Positions 18,801-26,362 of a DNA stretch of 64,000 nt are shown in pieces (the stretch's first letter is position 1; every line of letters begins with the position of its first letter). The translations under genes were made by a program, and so were the position numbers. The notes under the pieces are model-generated. The model saw nothing but the letters and a program-made list of their open reading frames with translations. It was not told the DNA's origin and did not search any database. This DNA comes from a virus, in IMG/VR virus record IMGVR_UViG_3300024349_000326, positions 1-64,000 of that record. One strand, written 5' to 3'.

Positions 18801-19707
18801 GGGATCGCTCGGGGCGAACCTGCATATCTACGAGCAGGGCATGGAGCGTTGGGGCACCTTCTTGAGTCAAGCTGCGGCCAAGGCGAAAGGCGCGATCCTC
18901 GGCGGCGGGGACATTCAGAAGGAAACGAAGGCCCTGGCCGCCATGATTCAGCAATTTCAGCAGTTGTCCAAAACGGGCGGCCAGGATTTCGGGTTGAAGG
19001 AGTATGAGGAATTGCAGAAGAACGCCACGGCGTTGATGGCCAGCCCCACCATCACGGACTGGGACCGCAGTTTCCTCACCAACCAGATGGCCAACTTGAA
19101 GGTCTTGGCCGAACAGACCGAAGCGCTCAAGAAGTTGCAGACGCCGCAAGGTCAGCCCCGCGACGTGGAAGGCGAGTTGCTCAAGGCCCGACAGGAGGCA
19201 GAACGCCTCAAGGAAATGATCGACAAGCTGAGGCCCCAGGCCGCGACTGAAATGGGGCAGGGCGCGCAGGCGGCCCAAAACGCCCTGAGCGCGATTCCGA
19301 GCATGGCGGGCCTGGCCGGCGACATCCAAGAGGCGGCCACGGCCATGTGGGACTTGGCGGTGGCCTCGTGGAGCGTCCAGTCTCCGCCGCCCGTCACCGC
19401 CGCCAAGGGCCGGACGATTTGGAACTTCCTGGCCTTCGGCGGCCCGGCCCAGGGCACGGACGTGATTCCGGCGATGCTCTCGCCGGGCGAGGTGGTGATT
19501 AACGCCGCCTCGTCGCGGCGGTTCGCCGCGCAACTGACCGCCATCAATGCCGGCGTCCAGCCGGTGTACCGCAGCGAAGGCGGCAGCGTCACCAACATCG
19601 GTGACATCAACGTGAACGTAACCGGCGGCGGAACTGGCCGCCAGACGGCTAGGGAAATCGCTGCCGAGATTCGACGCGAGTTGCGGCGCGGCACGGCGAC
19701 CCTGTAA
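15889..19707 (+). CDS. tail tape measure protein
   Basis: 1272 aa, helical/Ala-rich; TP901-type TMP core-like segment (QTIAPRIDRNFQGLSKEVANLSKQFNFPLPDVAEAVYQTISDQF...LNAYGM); C-terminal IPAMLSPGEVVINAASS motif. Confidence 0.9.
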   Translation: MADETIVNKLGFSVEDALQALQRLDSALQSSGTAFQTFGAKINAWNSQSEAALTRMKDMASAAARLANSMAKMGTGPATPAAAASAAPASNLWLPPGVAEEAQKANQTMTNLGNAAANAGNQMREAGQKGAKAGKDAGDAAKSAGEKTKAWTVTWETLTRVVMTQAIVRALSQIRDLLREAVDQALRFSTQISEIQTIAPRIDRNFQGLSKEVANLSKQFNFPLPDVAEAVYQTISDQFTTAAERADILTAAAKLAKVGVMDLNEAAQLLTGTLNAYGMASDQAETVAAKFFRTVELGRMRGAELTPVIGRIIPIANELGVSLDEVNSSMVALTIGSMRVNEAATGFRAAMSALIKPSEQMQKELAALGYATPQLAVKAEGLQGIFLKLAGSTDENVAAMAKLFLNIRGLNAEARLTGEGAEKVAEAMKAMSDINLTDNFNEIFKEFTSTDAQQYMAELNRFKTTLATEVGPELVKFLKHLLDAAGGADGLASALKSIATTLTSLAELLAPVAGLMAMFSLRGKLAGMTGFKGAILNNVVAPLTMASWAADFLDAQMASMLDNANAKFRKDVAEIVASQKKAAQERLDAEMKVYDEAGRRLAQYTAEVRREYNAQVDHVRKANEELVVSARTTMQSMITAREKVVQQLRAAAQDANKAAEDSMKRQAESQAKLDDLLFKRRLEERQKYDDYYKKPEVTSDMYGRRALELAQQAAGLLAKAETPDQERTAQAIFQRAAAYAQEAEQIAKGTENEWLRKRAADTVEDIIRKQIAAEKELQANSATRASAAARAAAQEQERVNRMKVLMKGILTDLDLFDKKGPVDPKKTAEMSADLKSKMDAFKKEWMEGTADLSLDEALKLDALQQRVKTALEGGVSEAEVQKLFAAPDTIDQFRAQIEAGLNKKAMEVSVLLPVASPDLAKKLLAEMPLPDRDKYLQQQNSAYEKQLELVKKLASEQQSLTAATTNQKAAVGSLGANLHIYEQGMERWGTFLSQAAAKAKGAILGGGDIQKETKALAAMIQQFQQLSKTGGQDFGLKEYEELQKNATALMASPTITDWDRSFLTNQMANLKVLAEQTEALKKLQTPQGQPRDVEGELLKARQEAERLKEMIDKLRPQAATEMGQGAQAAQNALSAIPSMAGLAGDIQEAATAMWDLAVASWSVQSPPPVTAAKGRTIWNFLAFGGPAQGTDVIPAMLSPGEVVINAASSRRFAAQLTAINAGVQPVYRSEGGSVTNIGDINVNVTGGGTGRQTAREIAAEIRRELRRGTATL

Positions 19708-19735
19708 CCCCTTTTGTAAGACGAGAGGAAAACCC

Positions 19736-20344
19736 ATGAGCGTCAGTCGAATGAGTGTTGGGCAGAACGCGGGTTGCAGCATGGTCCGCGCCCGCAGGGC
19801 CGAAGACCAACTTCAACCGCGCGGGCGGTTCGTGGTCGAGCACTTCCGCAAGGGAGTGAAGATCGGCCAGTACGAGTTCAACAACGGCATCACCAACGAG
19901 GGCAAGAACAAGCTCTTGGACGTGATGTTCCACGGCGTCTCGGCCATCACGACCTGGTGGCTGGGGCTGATCGACAACAGCGGCTATAGCGCGCTGGCCG
20001 CTGGGGACACCTACGCCAACATCAACCAGGCGGGCAACGGCTGGGACGAGTTCACCGACTACACGGACCCGGCCAACGCCGGCAGCGCCAGCACCCGCCC
20101 CGAATGGACCGAAGGCGCGGCCTCCGGGCAGGCCATTACCAACGGCAGCCCGGTGGTCTTCGACATCACCAGTAGCGGCACCGTCAAGGGCCTGTTCCTG
20201 GTGGGCGGGGCTGCCAACGCCCAGAACAAGGGCGACTACCAAGCGGCTGGGGCCGTGCTGTGGGCCACCGCCCTGTTCGGCACGGGCGACGTGCCGGTCA
20301 ACGCCGAGGACCAGTTGAAGGTGACGTACACCGTCAGTGCGTAA
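19736..20344 (+). CDS. hypothetical tail protein (distal tail candidate)
   Basis: SD GAGAGGAAAA; 202 aa; followed by hairpin GCGGGGTC-GCTTTTG-GACCCCGC plus T-rich tract. Confidence 0.5.
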   Translation: MSVSRMSVGQNAGCSMVRARRAEDQLQPRGRFVVEHFRKGVKIGQYEFNNGITNEGKNKLLDVMFHGVSAITTWWLGLIDNSGYSALAAGDTYANINQAGNGWDEFTDYTDPANAGSASTRPEWTEGAASGQAITNGSPVVFDITSSGTVKGLFLVGGAANAQNKGDYQAAGAVLWATALFGTGDVPVNAEDQLKVTYTVSA

Positions 20345-20425
20345 GAGGAGACTCCCTCGCCACGGGTCGGGCGGGGTCGCTTTTGACCCCGCTCGGCCCT
20401 TCTTTCTCCCTTTTGAGGAATCACG

Positions 20426-21403
20426 ATGGCCTACGAACGATTTGCAAACGGCGGCCTCTCCTCGCTGGATGCCGCCATCGACAACGACGATCTCGCCTTG
20501 ACCGTGAAGTCGGCTGTCGGATTCCCCACCGGCGGCAACTTTCGCATCATCATCGACAACGAGATCATGCTGGTCACGGACGTACAGGGCAAGACCTTCA
20601 CGATTACGCGGGCACAAGAGGGGACCAGCGCCGCCAGCCACGATGCGGATGCGGCGGTCTTCCATATTCTCACGGCCGGTGCCTTGGCTCAGCGGGACAT
20701 TGAGCAGTTTGCCGCCGGCGCGATCGCCAACCGCGATGTGGCCGGGCAGGCAGGCCGGCTCTATTTGCCGACCGAGGGCTATATCGCCCGCGACAACGGC
20801 CTCGAATGGGAGCGGATGCCCTTCTGGCGCTTTACCCCGCCGAACGCCGGAGACTTCACTTGGGTCAACCAGGGCAGTGCCACGGTGACGGATCGCAAAG
20901 GGATGATGGTCCTGGAGACGCCGAGCGTGGCATCGGGCGAGAATCTGCGGTGCCAGGTCAAGTCCGCGCCGGCGACCCCTTACACGATTACCGTCGCCTT
21001 GCTGGCTCACGGCCCCATCTACACGACTGGCTATACGCTTCCGCACTACGGCATTTGCTTGCGCGAGAGCGGCTCGGGCAAGTTGCTGGTCTACGGCTTC
21101 GGCTATAACAGCTATCCGTTTCGCTTTCAGTACGCGCAGATGACGAACCCCACGACGATTGCCACCGGCTCCATCGTGGACACAACGGTGGCCCGGCACT
21201 GGCCACAGTGGCTCCGCGTCAGTGACGATGGCACTTACCGGAGGGTTTACGTCTCCGGGGATGGTGTCAAGTGGAATCTCGCGGTGTCTGCCGAGTCCCG
21301 CACGGCGTTTCTCACGGCTGACCAGGTGGGCGTGTTCGCCAACAGTTGGAAAAACACCTACGTGCCGCGCGTCATTTCTTTCTTGCATTGGAGCGAATCC
21401 TAA
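20426..21403 (+). CDS. tail fibre / receptor-binding-like protein, paralog 1
   Basis: 325 aa; shares conserved N-terminal ~100 aa and WVNQGSAT core with the next two genes. Confidence 0.55.
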   Translation: MAYERFANGGLSSLDAAIDNDDLALTVKSAVGFPTGGNFRIIIDNEIMLVTDVQGKTFTITRAQEGTSAASHDADAAVFHILTAGALAQRDIEQFAAGAIANRDVAGQAGRLYLPTEGYIARDNGLEWERMPFWRFTPPNAGDFTWVNQGSATVTDRKGMMVLETPSVASGENLRCQVKSAPATPYTITVALLAHGPIYTTGYTLPHYGICLRESGSGKLLVYGFGYNSYPFRFQYAQMTNPTTIATGSIVDTTVARHWPQWLRVSDDGTYRRVYVSGDGVKWNLAVSAESRTAFLTADQVGVFANSWKNTYVPRVISFLHWSES

Positions 21404-22386
21404 TGGCTGAGCAATTCAAGAACCTCGCCAGCACGACTCTCAACGGCGCGATCGACGATTCCACCACCACGATTACCGTCGCCAGCGCGATGGGCTTCAC
21501 GGGCGGCGATTTCCGTATCCTCGTGGACAGCGAGATTATGAAGGTCACGGCCGTGAGTGGCTCGGACCTGACGGTTGCGCGGGGCGCGGAGGGGACGAGT
21601 CCCACTGCCCACGACAACGGTGCTACCGTTCGTCACGTCCTGACGGTCGGCGCGCTCGACGCCCACGACCAGAATGATCTTGTGGTCCGGGACGCCTACG
21701 CCAGCAAACCCGCTGCCGGCGTGCCAGGGCGCATCTTCTTGCCGAGCGATGGCATCTTCTTCGAGCGCGACAACGGCTCGGCGTGGGAGAAGTTCGGCCC
21801 GATCTGGCCGATGACCCCGCCCCAAGCCTCGGATTTTCCGACCTGGGTGAATCAGGGTTCGGCGACCATCACGGACAACAGAGGGGCGATCTGGTTTGAG
21901 TCGCCGTCCGTGAGCGGCACCAACTACCGGCTGCGGGTGAAAGCCTATCCCAGCCCGCCGTTCACGGTGGAAATGGCGTTCATGTGTCTCATCACCCCGA
22001 ACACGAGCAGCTATCCCGGTGCCGGACTCATCATCCGCGATGACGTGTCGGGCAAGTTGCAGCACTATGGGGTCTACGACACGAGTGGCAAGATCGGGGG
22101 CATCAATCGTCCCAGTCCCACCGGCAGTGCCAGCGCCATCACGGGTTGGCCTGGGTCGGGGCAACTCGACCAGACGGAATCGGGTCTGTTGTGGGTCAAG
22201 TACGAGGACGACAACACGAACCGCAAGATTTCGATTTCCACGGACGGTTACTCGTGGGTGCAGATGGTCAGCCTCTCCCGAACCGACTACCTGACGCCGA
22301 CGCAAATCGGAATATATCTGCACGCGCCTCAGACCACCCCTGAGAGCAACCAGGGGGCAACTTTCTTTCATTGGAAGCAAAGCTAA
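21403..22386 (+). CDS. tail fibre / receptor-binding-like protein, paralog 2
   Basis: TAATG junction with paralog 1; same N-terminal motif (GDFRILVDSEIMKVTAVSGSDLTVARGAEGTSPTAH); divergent central/C-terminal part. Confidence 0.55.
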   Translation: MAEQFKNLASTTLNGAIDDSTTTITVASAMGFTGGDFRILVDSEIMKVTAVSGSDLTVARGAEGTSPTAHDNGATVRHVLTVGALDAHDQNDLVVRDAYASKPAAGVPGRIFLPSDGIFFERDNGSAWEKFGPIWPMTPPQASDFPTWVNQGSATITDNRGAIWFESPSVSGTNYRLRVKAYPSPPFTVEMAFMCLITPNTSSYPGAGLIIRDDVSGKLQHYGVYDTSGKIGGINRPSPTGSASAITGWPGSGQLDQTESGLLWVKYEDDNTNRKISISTDGYSWVQMVSLSRTDYLTPTQIGIYLHAPQTTPESNQGATFFHWKQS

Positions 22387-23366
22387 TGGAAACCTTCGCC
22401 AATCAAGCCGTTACCACGCTCTCGGCCGCGATCAGCAGCGTGACCGCCACGAGTTGCACGGTCGTTGACGCCACGGCGTTCCCGGCGACGGGGAACTTCC
22501 GCATCAAGATCGACAGCGAAATCCTCATCGTCACGGCCCGCGCGGGCAATACCTTTACCGTGACGCGCGGGGCCGAGGGGACCACGGCGGCCACGCACGC
22601 CAGCGGTGCGAACGTCATTCATCTGCTGACGAAGGGCGGTCTGGAGGCGAGGGTCGCCAATCGCTTCATCTCGGACATCTACGACAACAAGCCGGCTGCC
22701 GGCGTCAAGGGACGCCTTTTCCTTCCTACGGACGGGTTGTTCCTGGAATACGACGATGGGGCGGCGTGGCACAAGTACGGGCCGTACCGGCGGCTCAAAG
22801 CGCCGCCGGAGATCGGTTGGTCCTGGGTGAACCAGGGCAATGCCACGGCGACGTACATTGACGGCCGGATTGTCCTGGAAGACCCTGATCTCGATGCCGC
22901 CGATCCCCAGCTTCGCCTTTACGTCCGACCCGCTCCGCAATGGCCGGCAACACTGACGATGGCGTATCTCTTCAACGGGATTGGCGGAGACACGCCGCGT
23001 ATGGGCTTCTGCATCCGCCAACACAGCCCCGGCATCAGCTATGACGGTTACATCGGCGCGTGCGGCATGTTCTTAGGCGGTACGCAGTGGCAGTCGTATG
23101 GTCAGTGGCTCACCTCTCCAACGAGCACGAGTTCGAGCTGGAGTTGGGACGACTACTTCCCTGCCCAACGGCTCATTTGGACGCGCTTCGAGATTTACGG
23201 CGACAGAAAGCGCTTCTATCTCTCGGCGGACGGCGTGAATTTCATCAAGGTGAAGGACGACAGCATGGGCAGCTATGCCATGCCTAACCAGGTCGGCATC
23301 TTCATCGACCCGCAGGACAACAATCAGCCTGTCTCTCTGTCTCTGGTCCATTGGGAAGAGAGCTAA
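22386..23366 (+). CDS. tail fibre / receptor-binding-like protein, paralog 3
   Basis: TAATG junction; motif GNFRIKIDSEILIVTARAGNTFTVTRGAEGTTAATH; C-terminus LVHWEES parallels FLHWSES / FFHWKQS. Confidence 0.55.
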   Translation: METFANQAVTTLSAAISSVTATSCTVVDATAFPATGNFRIKIDSEILIVTARAGNTFTVTRGAEGTTAATHASGANVIHLLTKGGLEARVANRFISDIYDNKPAAGVKGRLFLPTDGLFLEYDDGAAWHKYGPYRRLKAPPEIGWSWVNQGNATATYIDGRIVLEDPDLDAADPQLRLYVRPAPQWPATLTMAYLFNGIGGDTPRMGFCIRQHSPGISYDGYIGACGMFLGGTQWQSYGQWLTSPTSTSSSWSWDDYFPAQRLIWTRFEIYGDRKRFYLSADGVNFIKVKDDSMGSYAMPNQVGIFIDPQDNNQPVSLSLVHWEES

Positions 23367-23369
23367 GCG

Positions 23370-25931
23370 ATGGCTCAGACCGGCAAGCTAGGCACCGCCG
23401 ATTCCCGACTGGCGAACGTGCAACTGGCGTTTGCCGCTGCCGAGCCATTGCCGCCCTCGGTCACGACGGGGAGCGGCCGGCTCGGCGGGCAGTTGGGAGA
23501 CACGGTTCTCGCCCTCGGCGGGGTGATTGGCGCGAGCGTCATTCACCTTGCAGCCGAGAGCGTGCTTGCGGCTGCGCATACGGCGGCCGGCGAGGGCGTG
23601 TTCGCGCCTCATGCGTCTCCGCTTTGGGCCTTGGGTGGTCAAGACTCTCAACTGGGCGACACCGAACTGGCCTTCTCCGGTGCGGACGCCGCGCTGCCGA
23701 CGATTACTTCCCAGAGCGGCCGGCTTGGCGGGCGATTGGGCGATCTGGTCCCCGGTCTCGGCGGGCTGGTCGGCGCGGGCGTCATTCATCTGTCCGCTGA
23801 AAGCGTGCTGGCGATCGCGCAGACGGCGGACTCTGCCCCCACGTTCGCGCCCCACGCCTCGCCTCTTTGGGCCTTGGGCGGTCAAGACTCCCAACTGGGC
23901 GATACCGAACTGGCTTTTGCCGGTGCCGAGGAGGCGCGGCCGGAGACTGGCGACCGCACCGGGCAGCTTGGCACCCTCAATTCTCTCTTGGGTAACATGC
24001 GGCCCGCCCTGGGCGAAGAAGAGGGCGGCGGCGGGGCCAACATCGTCTATGCCGATGCCGAGAGCCACTTGGCGGTGTCGGCCGAGGCGGCTACGAGCGT
24101 CGTGCGGACGTGTGCCGCCTCCAGCGCACTGGTCCTGTCGGACGCCGCTGGACGCAACAATCTCCTGAGCGGGGCCGCCGAATCGGCGGTCAGCCTGGAC
24201 ACGGCGGCAGCCTTTACGGTGGCGCGGGCGGCGGCGGCCGAGAGCACGCTGGCCCTGGCAGATGTGGCCGGGCGCAACAATCTGCTCAGCGGTGCGGCCG
24301 AGTCTCCGATCAGCCTGGATGTAGCGGCTGGATTCACGGCCGCATGGGCGGTGGCGGGCGAAAGCACGCTTGTCCTGACGGATGCGGCGGCCAATATCGG
24401 CGGTCAGCTTATCGAGGCGGCGGCAGAGTCTACGCTGGTCCTGGACGTGATGGCCGACTTCACGGTCGCGCGGGCGGCGGCGGCCGAGAGCGCACTGGCC
24501 TTGGCCGACGCAGCCGGCCGCAACAATCTGCTCAGCGTCGGCGCTGAGTCCGCGATCAGCCCGGACACGGCGGCGGAGTTCGCGGTGGCACGGGCGGCAG
24601 CAGCGGAAAGCGCGTTGGCCTTGGCTGATGCGGCGGGCCGTAACAACTTGCTTAGCGCCAGCGCCGAGTCGGCACTCAGTTTGACCGTCGAAGCGGCCCG
24701 CGTCTTGCCGGCCGTTATCGAGGTGGCGGCCGAATCCGCGCTCAGCTTGACCGGGGCCGCCGGGCGAAATAACATCGTCGCTGCCGCAGCCACAAGCACC
24801 TTGGACCTGACCAGTGCGGCGACGTGCATTCATGTTGTCCCCACCTTGGTCAGCGCCGAGTCGGCGGTCAGCCTGGACACGGCGGCGGCTGGCTTGGTCG
24901 TGCGGACAGGATGGGCTTGGGACGATCTTTGGGACTTGTGGCACGAGGCGTCCGTCGTCGTCGTTCGGAAACTGGCCGCTGAAAGCCCCCTCACGCTGGC
25001 CCAGTCGGAAGTGACCGCGCGGCCGTGGTACTTGTCGGTCGAGACCCCCGTTCAGACCATCACGGAGGAATACGATCCGCAAGTTGACGAAATGGTCACG
25101 CGGATCGAGGGTCTGCAAGACGCCGCCAGCATGGCCCGGCCGCTGCCGATGGTGGTCCACCAGCCGATCCCGCTCGGGCAGACGGCCTCGGTCGTCAAGG
25201 TCAAGCCCACGGCCATCAACGTCTCGGCCGAGAGCGTCCTGGAACTGCTGGGCGAAGTCCGACCGAACCAGACCGGCGACGTGGGACACTGGCTGGCGTT
25301 CACGCAGACGGCCACGGTCGATAAGTGCAAGCCGGCCAGGTCCACCTTGGAGTTGGCGGCCGAGGCGGCGACGGTTTGGACCGGCCCGCGCGATGCGGAC
25401 TCGGCGCTCAACCTCCGCCAGTCGGCGACGTACTATCTGGTCTCGGCCGGCATCCTTCAGCGGTATCATCCGTTTGTCGGGGCTGGGGCACCGGGCGCGC
25501 CGACGCCCCCGCCGCTTGTACTTGAGGGTCCGCGCCCCGGCGTCACGGTCACGTTCCAGTTGGTCTATCCGGCGACCGGCACCGTCACCGATTCGGTGAC
25601 ATTCCGAGCGCCCAACTTCGGCAACAAGGATAGGCTCGGCTTCAACCGCGTCCTGCGCGAGACTCGCGGCGGCACACTGATCGTCTTTGCCGATCCGATG
25701 TGGCCGAAGATTCAGACCCTCGTGCTCAATTTCTCCGGCCTCACGAGCGACCAAGCCCAGCAGTTGCTTGCGTTCCTGGACGCCCACCTCGGCGAAGAGG
25801 TCGGCGTGTACGACTGGGAGCATCGCTACTGGACCGGCGTGATTACCACGCCGACCGACCCGGTGGTCCAGGACGGCAAGGACCGTTTCTCGGCGAGCTT
25901 CGAGTTCGAGGGTGAGTTGGTGCCGGCTTAG
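23370..25931 (+). CDS. repeat-rich tail fibre-like protein (853 aa)
   Basis: Two ~81-aa N-terminal repeats, then about seven 40-aa Ala-rich repeats (AAESxLxLxDAAGRNNLLSGAAESAVSLDTAAAF), and a distinct C-terminal domain. Confidence 0.6.
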   Translation: MAQTGKLGTADSRLANVQLAFAAAEPLPPSVTTGSGRLGGQLGDTVLALGGVIGASVIHLAAESVLAAAHTAAGEGVFAPHASPLWALGGQDSQLGDTELAFSGADAALPTITSQSGRLGGRLGDLVPGLGGLVGAGVIHLSAESVLAIAQTADSAPTFAPHASPLWALGGQDSQLGDTELAFAGAEEARPETGDRTGQLGTLNSLLGNMRPALGEEEGGGGANIVYADAESHLAVSAEAATSVVRTCAASSALVLSDAAGRNNLLSGAAESAVSLDTAAAFTVARAAAAESTLALADVAGRNNLLSGAAESPISLDVAAGFTAAWAVAGESTLVLTDAAANIGGQLIEAAAESTLVLDVMADFTVARAAAAESALALADAAGRNNLLSVGAESAISPDTAAEFAVARAAAAESALALADAAGRNNLLSASAESALSLTVEAARVLPAVIEVAAESALSLTGAAGRNNIVAAAATSTLDLTSAATCIHVVPTLVSAESAVSLDTAAAGLVVRTGWAWDDLWDLWHEASVVVVRKLAAESPLTLAQSEVTARPWYLSVETPVQTITEEYDPQVDEMVTRIEGLQDAASMARPLPMVVHQPIPLGQTASVVKVKPTAINVSAESVLELLGEVRPNQTGDVGHWLAFTQTATVDKCKPARSTLELAAEAATVWTGPRDADSALNLRQSATYYLVSAGILQRYHPFVGAGAPGAPTPPPLVLEGPRPGVTVTFQLVYPATGTVTDSVTFRAPNFGNKDRLGFNRVLRETRGGTLIVFADPMWPKIQTLVLNFSGLTSDQAQQLLAFLDAHLGEEVGVYDWEHRYWTGVITTPTDPVVQDGKDRFSASFEFEGELVPA
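23472..23957 (+). repeat. tandem ~243-bp duplication inside fibre gene
   Basis: Two adjacent, roughly 85 % identical units (SGRLGGQLGDTV... / SGRLGGRLGDLV...); boundaries approximate. Confidence 0.7.
24060..24900 (+). repeat. about 7 tandem 120-bp coding repeats inside fibre gene
   Basis: Recurrent GCCGGGCGCAACAATCTGCTCAGCGG... units encoding AAGRNNLLSGAAES; boundaries approximate. Confidence 0.65.
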
Positions 25932-25963
25932 CGCCGGTTTGGTGCCCGGCGAGGAGAGACCCC

Positions 25964-26362
25964 ATGTTCACGCTTGCAGCCCCGTACCCGCTCTTGCAGA
26001 CGACCACACTCCTGCCTAACCCAGAATTCAGCGATCAGGAGGGCTTGACGGCGACCGTGACCCGCAAGCTGGCAATGGATGGGACGCGCTACACCTACGT
26101 CAAGCGCAAGGGCGACCGCCGGAAGCTGAAGTGGACCTTCCGGCTGATGCGCAACAAGGCCCTGGAACTGCGGGCCTTCCTCTTCGCCTACTTCGCCTCG
26201 CCGGTACGGATCGCTGACCACAACGGGCGGGTCTGGGTCGGCAATTTCACGAACAATCCATTCGAGTTCGACACGCCGCAGAAGGCTGGGCCAGCAATCG
26301 GGCCGATGCCGCGTGGTGAGGCCCAGATGATCGAGTTGGAATTCGAGGGAGTCGAGCAGTGA
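25964..26362 (+). CDS. hypothetical tail protein
   Basis: 132 aa; stop overlaps start of next gene (ATGA at 26359). Confidence 0.5.
   Translation: MFTLAAPYPLLQTTTLLPNPEFSDQEGLTATVTRKLAMDGTRYTYVKRKGDRRKLKWTFRLMRNKALELRAFLFAYFASPVRIADHNGRVWVGNFTNNPFEFDTPQKAGPAIGPMPRGEAQMIELEFEGVEQ

Noticed and set aside
19649-21388. 579-aa minus-strand ORF spanning TMP end and fibre paralog 1
   Set aside because: Crosses two confidently called plus-strand genes and an intergenic terminator; shadow ORF.
23388-25823. 811-aa minus-strand ORF antisense to repeat-rich fibre gene
   Set aside because: Arises from the repetitive GC-rich DNA; Arg/Gly-rich; the plus-strand ORF shows coherent repeats and gene-packing context.
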